Source: an uncultured Lachnospiraceae bacterium (GTDB taxonomy: Bacteria; Bacillota; Clostridia; Christensenellales; UBA1242). Taken from it: 60,678 nucleotides of DNA. Below the pieces are notes generated by a model. The model was not told where the DNA came from. It saw nothing but the letters and a program-made list of their open reading frames with translations, and searched no databases. The position numbers and the translations under genes are program-made. This document shows, in pieces, positions 39,739 through 47,935 of this stretch. Numbering within the stretch: the stretch's first letter is position 1; each line of letters opens with the position of its first letter. The DNA lies in contig CAZFRA010000004.1 in assembly GCA_964521165.1 (NCBI GenBank), forward strand, positions 1 to 60,678. The letters run 5' to 3'.

Positions 39739-39876
39739 ATGTTTGGTAAAAAGAAAGAGAAGGCTTGTAAAGACTGCTCAAGTATGGAAGCAGGAAAAGA
39801 AGCAAAATCTTCTTCAAGCACAAGAAGTTGTGAAGCAGGAAGAGAAGCGAAAAAGTCTTCAAAAAAATGCAAATAG
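39739..39876 (+). CDS. Candidate 45-aa Lys/Ser/Cys-rich small protein (MFGKKKEKACKDCSSMEAGKEAKSSSSTRSCEAGREAKKSSKKCK)
   Basis: SD aaggggg 7 nt upstream of the ATG. Contains an internal 30-nt imperfect direct repeat. Competes with a 66-aa ORF in another frame (39719-39919). Confidence 0.35.
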   Translation: MFGKKKEKACKDCSSMEAGKEAKSSSSTRSCEAGREAKKSSKKCK

Positions 39877-39898
39877 TTCCCGAAAAGAAAAAAGGCCT

Positions 39899-40792
39899 TC
39901 AAGGTCTTTTTTCATATAAAACTTTCTTAAAATCGTCAGGAAAATCTACTTCAAAATGGTATGTTTTTCCGTTTAAAGTGTTTTCGAAAGTTATTGATTT
40001 AAGGTGTAAAAATGCGCGCGAATATCCGTCTTTAACGCCGTAAATTTGGTCACCGAGAAGTTGGTGTAAAATGGAAGATGCGTGCAGACGAATTTGATGT
40101 GTTCTACCTTTTGTTATTTCTGCTTTGACAAGTGTTTTATTGCTGACAACTTTAAGCGGTGTGAAAACAGTTTTGGCGTATTGACCGAGTGGTGAAACAA
40201 TACGCTTTCGTTCGTTAATACCATTTGTTTGGAGAGTTAAGATAGGTTTTTCAACAGTGGTAATATCTTTCATAATATTATGGCAAATGGCATAATATTC
40301 TTTCTGTGAAATTCGCGTGAATTGGTGCGCGATTGCGTGTTTGGAAACGAGAACCAAACCGGACGCTTCTCTATCCAGTCGATTGAAAACGCGCAAGGTT
40401 ATTTTGCCGTTTAGGTGGTGCATAATTCGTCCAGCCAAATTGTCGCCATAATGCGATTTTGTTGGCATTGTGGCAAGAAGGGGTGGTTTGTTGACAAGGA
40501 GATAGTTTTCATCTTCAAAAACGATATCCAAATCTTTGTCCACAAGTTGTATTGCTGTCAGGTTGTTCGGTTCTTTGAGAATAGAAAGGTTATCACCGTT
40601 TTTTAGGGTGGTTTTTGTATTTGCCGTCTTGCCGTTAACGAGAATGGCATTTTCCTTTTTTCTTAAATTACTCACAAAATGCTCAGAAAATTTATGTTGG
40701 CGAAGATAGAGATAGATATTGGTCTTTTCTGAAATATTTTCTACAACAATATTAAATCTTTCATTATCATCAAAATTAAAATTCTTGTTCAT
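39899..40792 (-). CDS. RluA-family pseudouridine synthase with an S4-like N-terminal domain
   Basis: Catalytic motif NRLDREASGL and a GRTHQIRLH motif. Confidence 0.9.
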   Translation of the reverse strand: MNKNFNFDDNERFNIVVENISEKTNIYLYLRQHKFSEHFVSNLRKKENAILVNGKTANTKTTLKNGDNLSILKEPNNLTAIQLVDKDLDIVFEDENYLLVNKPPLLATMPTKSHYGDNLAGRIMHHLNGKITLRVFNRLDREASGLVLVSKHAIAHQFTRISQKEYYAICHNIMKDITTVEKPILTLQTNGINERKRIVSPLGQYAKTVFTPLKVVSNKTLVKAEITKGRTHQIRLHASSILHQLLGDQIYGVKDGYSRAFLHLKSITFENTLNGKTYHFEVDFPDDFKKVLYEKRP

Positions 40793-40847
40793 ATTTATTA
40801 TATTATCATATTTTTGCTAACTTTGTAAAATATGGTAGCGAAAATGC

Positions 40848-40876
40848 TTGACAAATTTCGGGCAAATGCTTATAAT
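40848..40876 (+). promoter_or_regulatory. Sigma A-type promoter of the pheST leader
   Basis: TTGACA, 17-nt spacer, TATAAT. Confidence 0.75.
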
Positions 40877-40879
40877 GAC

Positions 40880-41112
40880 AATGTAAAAACGATGATGAAA
40901 GACCAGTAGGCGCGCAAAATTTTCTTTCAGAGAGCCTTGTTGCTGGAAAAAGGCAGAAAATCCGCGTTGAATTCACTTTCTAGTTGCACTCTGAAGATTT
41001 TTTTGTGTAGGAGTTGCCGCGATGCAGGCGTAAAATGCAGAAATAAGGTGCTTTTTGCACGAAATTAGGTGGTAACACGGCAATGTCGTCCTAATATTAG
41101 GGCGACTTTTTT
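40880..41112 (+). promoter_or_regulatory. T-box leader, phenylalanine specifier
   Basis: Specifier gttgaaTTCActttc, with UUC at 40972-40974. T-box sequence aggtggtaacacgg (41067-41080). Terminator gtcgtcct/agggcgac followed by a T6 run. Confidence 0.9.
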
Positions 41113-41129
41113 GTTAAAAGGAGAGAAAA

Positions 41130-42149
41130 GTGAAAGAAAAATTAGACGGAATTTTGAAAAATGGTTTGAGCGAAGTGGAAAAAGCGGGAAGTTTAAAAGC
41201 ACTTGACGATGTTCGTGTTAAATATTTAGGTAAGCAAGGCGAACTCACTGCGATTTTGCGAAATATGAAAGAAATTCCATCAGAAGAACGCAAAGATGTT
41301 GGAATGATTGCCAATGTTGTTAGAAATAAACTTGAAGAAGCAATTTCTTCCAAACTTGAAATTCTTGAAGAAGAAAGTTTGAATACTGAAATGGAAAAGG
41401 AAAAAATTGATATCACAATGCCAAGTAAGGGTGTGAAAAAAGGTGCTCTTCATCCTATTTCGCGTTTTAATAATAAGTTTATGGAAATTTGTGTGGAAAT
41501 GGGGTTCACGGTTATTCAAGGTCCAGAAATTGATACCGACTATTATAATTTTGAAGCACTGAACGTGCAAAAAAATCATCCGGCAAGAGATATGCAAGAT
41601 TCTCTCTATATCACAGATAACATTCTTATGCGCACGCAAACTTCGAATATGCAAGTGCACGCTATGGAAACACTTAAACCACCTTTCAAAATTGTTTGTC
41701 CGGGGCGAGTTTATCGAAACGATGATGACAGTTCGCATTCACCAATTTTCAATCAATTTGAAGCGCTTGTTGTCGACGAAAATGTTGGACTTAAAGATTT
41801 GATGAAAATGATTGACACAATTTTGAAACGCTTGTTTGGTAAAGATGTTAAGATGCGCGTTCGTCCGTCTTACTTTCCATTCACCGAGCCGTCAATTGAA
41901 ATTGACGCAACTTGCCAAATGTGTGGGGGAAAAGGTTGTTCATTATGCAAGGGCTCAGGCTTTTCTGAAGTTTTTGGTGCTGGTGTTGTCAATCCAAAAG
42001 TTTTGGAGATGTCTGGAATTGATAGTAAAAAATATTCTGGTTTTGCTTTTGGTCCTGGAATCGATAGAAGTGTTATGGTGTTAAACAAGATTCCAAACAT
42101 CAAATATTTGTTTAGAAACGATATGAGATTTTTAAAGCAAATGCGATAA
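41130..42149 (+). CDS. pheS: Phenylalanine-tRNA ligase alpha subunit
   Basis: GTG start with SD aaaggagag. Motifs HPARDMQDS and FPFTEPS. Confidence 0.95.
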   Translation: MKEKLDGILKNGLSEVEKAGSLKALDDVRVKYLGKQGELTAILRNMKEIPSEERKDVGMIANVVRNKLEEAISSKLEILEEESLNTEMEKEKIDITMPSKGVKKGALHPISRFNNKFMEICVEMGFTVIQGPEIDTDYYNFEALNVQKNHPARDMQDSLYITDNILMRTQTSNMQVHAMETLKPPFKIVCPGRVYRNDDDSSHSPIFNQFEALVVDENVGLKDLMKMIDTILKRLFGKDVKMRVRPSYFPFTEPSIEIDATCQMCGGKGCSLCKGSGFSEVFGAGVVNPKVLEMSGIDSKKYSGFAFGPGIDRSVMVLNKIPNIKYLFRNDMRFLKQMR

Positions 42150-42222
42150 TTTGTTGTGGTATGCATTGCATAATACACAATATATAGTGTTGTATGCCAT
42201 AAATATTTTAAAGGAGTGAAAA

Positions 42223-44622
42223 ATGAAAGTTTCTTATAATTGGCTGAAAGATTTTGTGGATATTGATGTTCCAGTGGAAGTTTTGGCAGAAAAACTTTCA
42301 ACTTCGGGTTTTGAAGTGGAAGAATTCTCTTATCAAAACAAGCATCTTCACGAAGTTTATGTTGGAAAAATAACAAAGGTGGAAAAACATCCACAAGCAG
42401 ATAGATTACAAGTTTGTCAAGTTGATGTTGGCAATAAAACCGTCCAAATTATAACTTCTGCTACAAACATTTTTGAAGGTGCGGTTGTTCCAGTTTCTTT
42501 GGAGGGCGCGGATCTCGTCAACGGTGTCAAAATTAAGCCGACGAATTTTCGCGGTGTTTCGAGTGCAGGAATGTTTTGTTCGGGCGAAGAACTTGGTATT
42601 GATGAAAATTATATTGAAGGTGGCGGTGTTAATGGTATATTGATTCTGCCAAATGATATGAAAATCGGCGCTAAAATTGAAGATGCGCTTATGCTTAATG
42701 ACGTTGTTTTGGATATAAATGTCACGCCAAATCGACCAGATTGTAATTCAATCATTGGCCTTGCACGCGAAATTTGTGCGATATATGACAAACCTTTTAA
42801 AGATGTTGATTATTCCTATAAAACGGTTGGCGAAGATGTGAAAAAATATCTCTCTGTCGAAGTTAAAACGCCAAAATGTCCAAGATATATGGCGGCGTAT
42901 GTCAAAGATTTGAAACTTACGCGTTCGCCGCTTTGGCTTCGTGCTCGTCTTTTTGCAGTTGGAATTAAGCCAATCAACACCATTGTCGATATAACAAACT
43001 ATATTCTCATTGAGCAAGGACAACCGATGCACGCGTTTGATTATAAGCATCTTACTGGTAACAAAATTATTGTTCGTGATGCCAAACAAGATGAAAAAAT
43101 TGCCGTTTTGAATGGTAACACTTACACTTTGACGCCAGATGATATGGTGATTGCAGATAGCGTCAAGCCGGTTGTTATTGCTGGGGTTATCGGCGGTGTT
43201 AATTCGTGCGTTGAGATAGATACCACGGAAACTGTTTTCGAATGCGCAGTGTTTGACCTTAAAAGCGTTAGGTTGACTAGCAGAAAATTTGGTGTTATGA
43301 CGGACTCTTCCTTGCGCTATTCCAAAGGTGTTTATCTTTCAACTCCAATTAAGGCGCTTCAAAGAGCGTTAAATCTTGTGTCGACCTTGAATTGTGGTAA
43401 AATCGTTGATGGAATTATTGATGTTTGTAACCAAAAAGAGATTTCTGAAAGAAAAATCCAAGCGTCGATGAGTAAGATTGATAAAATTTTAGGTATTTCT
43501 ATCGACAGAAAACGCGTGTTGCAAATTTTGAATAGTCTTGGAATTAAATCCACACTAAACGGCGACACTCTTTCGTGTCAACTTCCATTTTATCGTGAAG
43601 ATATTGAGAATGAAAACGACTTGGCAGAAGAGTTGATAAGAATTTATGGTTATGATATTTATAACAATGTGGAAGGTGATGCTTTTGAACATTCTTCCAT
43701 AACTATCGGCGCGTTTGAACCTAGACTTGCTATGGAAAATAAGATGAAAAACGAACTTGTCGATTTTGGTTTCTATGAAACTTTGAACTATTCGCTTTAT
43801 TCTCCATCAGCAATAGACAAACTTATGATTAACGACGAGCGTAGAAATGTCATTAAATTGGCGAATCCAATCAGTGACGATTTGTCGACTGTGCGGACGG
43901 TTATGGCACACGCGCTACTTCTTGATATCCATTTTAATTTGTCGGTTGGAAATAAAGAATTAAGATTTTTTGAAACAGGGCGAGTTTATCAACCAAAATC
44001 TCTGCCACTTACCGAACTTCCTGTTGAAAATAATAGGTTGTCATTTGCGGTGTGCGAGAAGGGTTATGACTTTTTCGACCTTAAAAATGTGGTGGAAAAT
44101 TTGCTCGTTTCTTTTCCTATTGAGTATAAATTGGAAAGGTCAAAAGAGCCGTATCTTCACAGCGGTGTGAGTGCAGATATTATTGCGAGTGATGGGAAAT
44201 GTGTTGGTTGGTTTGGTAAGGTGCATAAGAAAGTACTGAAAAATTATGACATCTCGGAAGATGTTTACTATGCTGAACTCGACACCGATTATCTTGCAAG
44301 TTTACCGGAAAAAACTTTCGCTACAAAAGAAATATCAAAATTTTTGTCAGTGGAAAGAGATATCGCTATTGTTGTGGACGAAAATGTTACAAATGCTGAA
44401 CTCGTTTCTGCTATTAAATCGGTCTGCGGTAAGAATTTTGTTGATTGCGAACTTTTTGATGTTTATCGAAGTGAAAGTCTGGGAAGTGGAAAGAAGAGTT
44501 TGGCATATAAAATTCATCTTGTCAGCGAAGAGAAAACTTTGACAGCTGATGAAATTGGCGTTATAATTAAAAAGGTTTTGAAGAGTTTGGAATTTAGATA
44601 TGGCGCAAAGTTGAGAGTGTGA
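42223..44622 (+). CDS. pheT: Phenylalanine-tRNA ligase beta subunit
   Basis: N-terminal tRNA-binding domain (HPQADRLQVCQVDVG), B3/4 and B5 regions, C-terminal FDX-ACB-like domain. Confidence 0.95.
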   Translation: MKVSYNWLKDFVDIDVPVEVLAEKLSTSGFEVEEFSYQNKHLHEVYVGKITKVEKHPQADRLQVCQVDVGNKTVQIITSATNIFEGAVVPVSLEGADLVNGVKIKPTNFRGVSSAGMFCSGEELGIDENYIEGGGVNGILILPNDMKIGAKIEDALMLNDVVLDINVTPNRPDCNSIIGLAREICAIYDKPFKDVDYSYKTVGEDVKKYLSVEVKTPKCPRYMAAYVKDLKLTRSPLWLRARLFAVGIKPINTIVDITNYILIEQGQPMHAFDYKHLTGNKIIVRDAKQDEKIAVLNGNTYTLTPDDMVIADSVKPVVIAGVIGGVNSCVEIDTTETVFECAVFDLKSVRLTSRKFGVMTDSSLRYSKGVYLSTPIKALQRALNLVSTLNCGKIVDGIIDVCNQKEISERKIQASMSKIDKILGISIDRKRVLQILNSLGIKSTLNGDTLSCQLPFYREDIENENDLAEELIRIYGYDIYNNVEGDAFEHSSITIGAFEPRLAMENKMKNELVDFGFYETLNYSLYSPSAIDKLMINDERRNVIKLANPISDDLSTVRTVMAHALLLDIHFNLSVGNKELRFFETGRVYQPKSLPLTELPVENNRLSFAVCEKGYDFFDLKNVVENLLVSFPIEYKLERSKEPYLHSGVSADIIASDGKCVGWFGKVHKKVLKNYDISEDVYYAELDTDYLASLPEKTFATKEISKFLSVERDIAIVVDENVTNAELVSAIKSVCGKNFVDCELFDVYRSESLGSGKKSLAYKIHLVSEEKTLTADEIGVIIKKVLKSLEFRYGAKLRV

Positions 44623-44628
44623 TAAGAT

Positions 44629-44706
44629 GCGCAAGCCACTCGCGGAGCGAGTTCTGAGAATCTCGCGAGATTCTCAGGAAAATTCCGAAGGAATTTTTGC
44701 TTGCGC
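44629..44706. other. 78-nt nested-palindrome element: three adjacent hairpins closed by an 8-bp outer stem (paper-folded four-way junction)
   Basis: Outer stem gcgcaagc/gcttgcgc. Hairpin 1 actcgc-gga-gcgagt. Hairpin 2 is the perfect 24-nt palindrome ctgagaatctcgcgagattctcag. Hairpin 3 aaaattcc-gaa-ggaatttt. Every linker is a single nucleotide. Confidence 0.6.
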
Positions 44707-44783
44707 TTGATTTGCCCGCACAATCAACATTTGAGATCAAAGATATCTTCCCGCTTAAAGTGTATTGAAATAAAGGAGATAGG

Positions 44784-45905
44784 ATGATATATCTTGATAA
44801 TGCAGGAACAACACAAATGTTTGAAGAATGTGTGAAAACATATTCTTTTTATGCGTGCCAAGAATATTATAATCCATCAGCCATAACTCGCAAAAGTGCC
44901 TATATATCAATGCAGTTAAATGAAGTTCGCGCGCTTATAATGAAAAAGTTAGGTGCGATTGAAGGAACAGTTATTTTCACGGGCGGGGCAACTGAAAGCA
45001 ATAATCTTGCGATTAAGGGTGCCGTTCGTGGTGGCGAATATGAATATGTTTTTTCAAACGGTGAACATCCGTCAGTATTGAATGTTGCGAAAAATCTTCA
45101 AATGCAAGGAAAAGTTGTGCATTTTGTCAAACTTCAAAAAGACGGCAAGGTTGACCTTAGTGATTTAAAGAGTAAACTAAACGCCAAAACGAAATTAATA
45201 AGTTGCATATTTGTAAGTAACGAAACGGGTGCGATAAACGACATTAAAGAGATTGTAAAACTTCGCGATAAACTCGCGCCAAACGCACTTTTTCATATTG
45301 ATGCCGTTCAAGGTTTTATGAAGATACCTTTTTCAGTGGAAGACTTTAAAGTCGACCTTCTAACATTTAGTGCACATAAATTTCACGGACCAAAAGGTGT
45401 TGGCGGACTTTACATCCGCAAACAAAACATCATTAAAAATATCGTCGATGGCGGTGGACAAGAGTCTGGTCTACGCTCGGGCACTGAAAATGTTCCGGGA
45501 ATTTTTGCTATGAGAACGGCGCTTGAAAAGATTGATATAAGAAAAAATTTCGAAAAAGTGCAACTTTTAAAACAAAAATTTAATGAAACAATAGGGAAAA
45601 ATGGTGAAATTGAGATTATTGATTTTAAAGGTTCGCCATATATCGAAAGTCTAATTTTTCCAAATGTCAAGGGTGAAACTATGTTGCACGCGCTGGAAGA
45701 GAAAGATGTTATTGTTGGGCTTGGAAGCGCTTGCTCTTCTAGAAAAGCGGGAAATCACGTTTTGGAAGAAATTGGCATAGATAAAACAAAAATTATTTCC
45801 AGTTGTCGAATAAGTTTTAACGCCTATCAAACATTGGAAGAAGTGGAAAGGGCAGGTGAAATTATTTGCGAAGTATACAAAAATATTAAAGAAAGGGTGA
45901 GTTGA
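44784..45905 (+). CDS. Cysteine desulfurase (class V aminotransferase, NifS/NifZ-like partner of ThiI)
   Basis: PLP-lysine motif SAHKFHGPKG and active-site GSACSS. The stop overlaps the thiI start. Confidence 0.9.
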   Translation: MIYLDNAGTTQMFEECVKTYSFYACQEYYNPSAITRKSAYISMQLNEVRALIMKKLGAIEGTVIFTGGATESNNLAIKGAVRGGEYEYVFSNGEHPSVLNVAKNLQMQGKVVHFVKLQKDGKVDLSDLKSKLNAKTKLISCIFVSNETGAINDIKEIVKLRDKLAPNALFHIDAVQGFMKIPFSVEDFKVDLLTFSAHKFHGPKGVGGLYIRKQNIIKNIVDGGGQESGLRSGTENVPGIFAMRTALEKIDIRKNFEKVQLLKQKFNETIGKNGEIEIIDFKGSPYIESLIFPNVKGETMLHALEEKDVIVGLGSACSSRKAGNHVLEEIGIDKTKIISSCRISFNAYQTLEEVERAGEIICEVYKNIKERVS

Positions 45906-47059
45906 TGGAAAAAGTTTTGTTGCTTAAATTTGGCGAATTGTTTTTGAAGGGAAAGAATAAGAAAGAGTTTGAAAAATGCTTGCTTGAAAATATTCAAAGG
46001 AAACTCTCTGCTTTTTCTTTTTCAATTGAGCAGGTAGTTGGAAGAATTATCATCTCTAGTTATGATGAAATGGATGAAAATTTGATTGTGCAAAATCTGA
46101 CGACGGTCTTTGGATTGGTTGGTGTTTCAAAAGCGATTAAAGTTTATTCTTCTATGGAAAAGATTGTGGAGTATATTTCCAAAATTCAAATTAACGGCAC
46201 ATTTAGGGTTAACGCCAAGCGTGCCGACAAAAAGTTTGCGCTAACTTCAGTGGAATTGGAGCGTAAACTTGGCGAAGTTATTTTGGAAAATAATTATAAC
46301 GCCAAAGTTGACTTGCATCATCCAGAACATAACATTAACATCGAAGTTCGTTTCAATAACGAAACTTTTATCTATTATGAAACGATAAAATGTGAAGGTG
46401 GTCTGCCACTCGGTTCAGGCGGGAAGGCGATTTTGCTTTTATCGGGCGGAATTGACAGTCCGGTTGCGGGTTATTTAATGTCGAAGCGCGGATTAAAACT
46501 TGAAGCGGTTCACTTTCATTCATATCCATACACCAGCGAGCAAGCGAAGGAAAAAGTTATAACACTTGCAAAAAGATTGACAAAATATTGCGATGAAATA
46601 AAACTTCACATCGTGTCGTTCACGAAAATTCAAGAACAAATCCATATGAATTGCGATGAAGAATATATGATAACTATTATGCGAAGAATAATGATGCGTA
46701 TTGCTGAGAAAATTTGTAAACAAAACGAACTTGGGGCAATAATCACAGGTGAGAGTTTGGGGCAGGTTGCCAGTCAAACCATTCAAAGTATCAATGTGAC
46801 AAACAGCGTAGTTTCTCTTCCAGTCTTTCGTCCGGTTATCGCTTTTGATAAAGAAGATATTGTTGAGATAGCAAAAAAGATTGGTACATTTGAAACATCA
46901 ATTTTACCATATGAAGATTGTTGCACAGTATTTTTACCAAAACATCCAGTTATCAAACCGACAATCAAAAAGGTTGAGTACCAAGAAGAATTTCTTGATA
47001 TTGAAAGTTTGGTAAATGAAGCTTTGGCGACCAAAGAAGAGATGGTTATTAAAAGATAA
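45905..47059 (+). CDS. thiI: tRNA 4-thiouridine(8) synthase ThiI
   Basis: THUMP region followed by the PP-loop LLLSGGIDSPVA. Confidence 0.93.
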   Translation: MEKVLLLKFGELFLKGKNKKEFEKCLLENIQRKLSAFSFSIEQVVGRIIISSYDEMDENLIVQNLTTVFGLVGVSKAIKVYSSMEKIVEYISKIQINGTFRVNAKRADKKFALTSVELERKLGEVILENNYNAKVDLHHPEHNINIEVRFNNETFIYYETIKCEGGLPLGSGGKAILLLSGGIDSPVAGYLMSKRGLKLEAVHFHSYPYTSEQAKEKVITLAKRLTKYCDEIKLHIVSFTKIQEQIHMNCDEEYMITIMRRIMMRIAEKICKQNELGAIITGESLGQVASQTIQSINVTNSVVSLPVFRPVIAFDKEDIVEIAKKIGTFETSILPYEDCCTVFLPKHPVIKPTIKKVEYQEEFLDIESLVNEALATKEEMVIKR

Positions 47060-47066
47060 TTTGAGA

Positions 47067-47096
47067 AGAACTTGCAGGCGGCAGGTTCTTTTTTTC
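47067..47096 (+). terminator. Intrinsic terminator after thiI
   Basis: Stem agaacttgc/gcaggttct (one mismatch) followed by a T7 run. Confidence 0.75.
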
Positions 47097-47138
47097 TATA
47101 ATACATTAGATGTTTTTATATAAAGAATACCATACAAG

Positions 47139-47163
47139 GAAAGCACTCGTGCTTTCTTTTATT
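47139..47163 (+). terminator. Second terminator-like hairpin
   Basis: Stem gaaagca/tgctttc, loop ctcg, followed by ttttatt. Confidence 0.45.
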
Positions 47164-47322
47164 GTTTGTAGGTATGGCATCATATTATTTATTCATCTTC
47201 TGTGAAGTAAGTTAGGGTGTTTTCTATTGGGCTATACCATTGCGAGCGGCTATGCATATTCACTTATATTTATACTTTTCAAATTTATAAATTTTCAAAA
47301 ATTCAAATTATTATAAAAATTT

Positions 47323-47420
47323 ATTGAATAAATATGCAAAAAACGCTTGCATAATTATAAATTTTAATGTATAATAATGAAAACAGCGTAAATATTTATA
47401 AATTTATATTTATGCAAAAA
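47323..47420. promoter_or_regulatory. Candidate ARG boxes (ArgR/AhrC operators) around the argR promoter
   Basis: attgaataaatatgcaaa (47323-47340) is close to the Bacillus ARG-box consensus CATGAATAAAAATKCAAK. Weaker boxes at 47347-47364 (inverted) and 47403-47420. -10 tgTATAAT at 47368-47375. Confidence 0.45.
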
Positions 47421-47470
47421 TCGCCAAAACGCCCTAATTTAGCGGTGTGTAGGCTTTAAGGAGTTTTGTT

Positions 47471-47923
47471 ATGGCAAGAAGCGCAAGACAATCTAAAATT
47501 CTTGAACTCATCTCCATAAAGGAGATTGAAACGCAAGATGAATTGGCAAAGGAACTTAAAAATGCAAATTTTGATATCACGCAAGCAACTATTTCGCGTG
47601 ATATAAAAGAACTGGGATTGACAAAAATTTTGTCTTCTTCTGGAAAATATAAGTATGCTATTTTGGGTTCGGAACAACAAGCGATTTCCAGTCGTTACAT
47701 AACCATTTTCAAAGAATCGGTTATCTCGGTGAAGAATGCGCTCAATCTTGCTGTGATAAAAACTATTAAAGGTATGGGTGGCAGCGTTGCTTCTTTCATT
47801 GACAAGTTGAATTTGATTGACCTTATGGGCACAACCTATGGTGACGATACTGTGCTTTTGGTCTTCCCATCAACAGCCCTTTCAAGCGAAGCAGTGGCAA
47901 TACTTTCTGATATTTTAGTGTAA
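47471..47923 (+). CDS. argR: Arginine repressor
   Basis: N-terminal winged helix (ARQSKILELI...TQATISRDIKEL) and C-terminal GTTYGDDTVLLV. Confidence 0.93.
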   Translation: MARSARQSKILELISIKEIETQDELAKELKNANFDITQATISRDIKELGLTKILSSSGKYKYAILGSEQQAISSRYITIFKESVISVKNALNLAVIKTIKGMGGSVASFIDKLNLIDLMGTTYGDDTVLLVFPSTALSSEAVAILSDILV

Positions 47924-47935
47924 ATGGAGGAACAA

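Noticed and set aside
39719-39919. 66-aa Lys-rich ORF from the track
   Set aside because: It has a TTG start and no SD, and it runs into the convergent pseudouridine synthase gene. The overlapping 45-aa ATG frame has a proper SD. Neither frame is proven, so this rejection is tentative.
41280-42394. 152-aa and 174-aa minus-strand ORFs
   Set aside because: They lie antisense to pheS and to the pheS-pheT junction. They are shadow frames with no start signals.
44629-44706. Possibility that the cloverleaf-sized element is a tRNA or tRNA-like gene
   Set aside because: The loops are 3-4 nt. There is no GTTCRA T-loop, no 7-nt anticodon loop and no D-arm features, and the helix lengths (6, 12 and 8 bp) do not fit a tRNA.
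44514-44723. 69-aa minus-strand ORF crossing the pheT end and the palindromic element
   Set aside because: The frame is kept open only by the GC-rich palindromes. It overlaps the pheT 3' end. The nested hairpins explain the region better.
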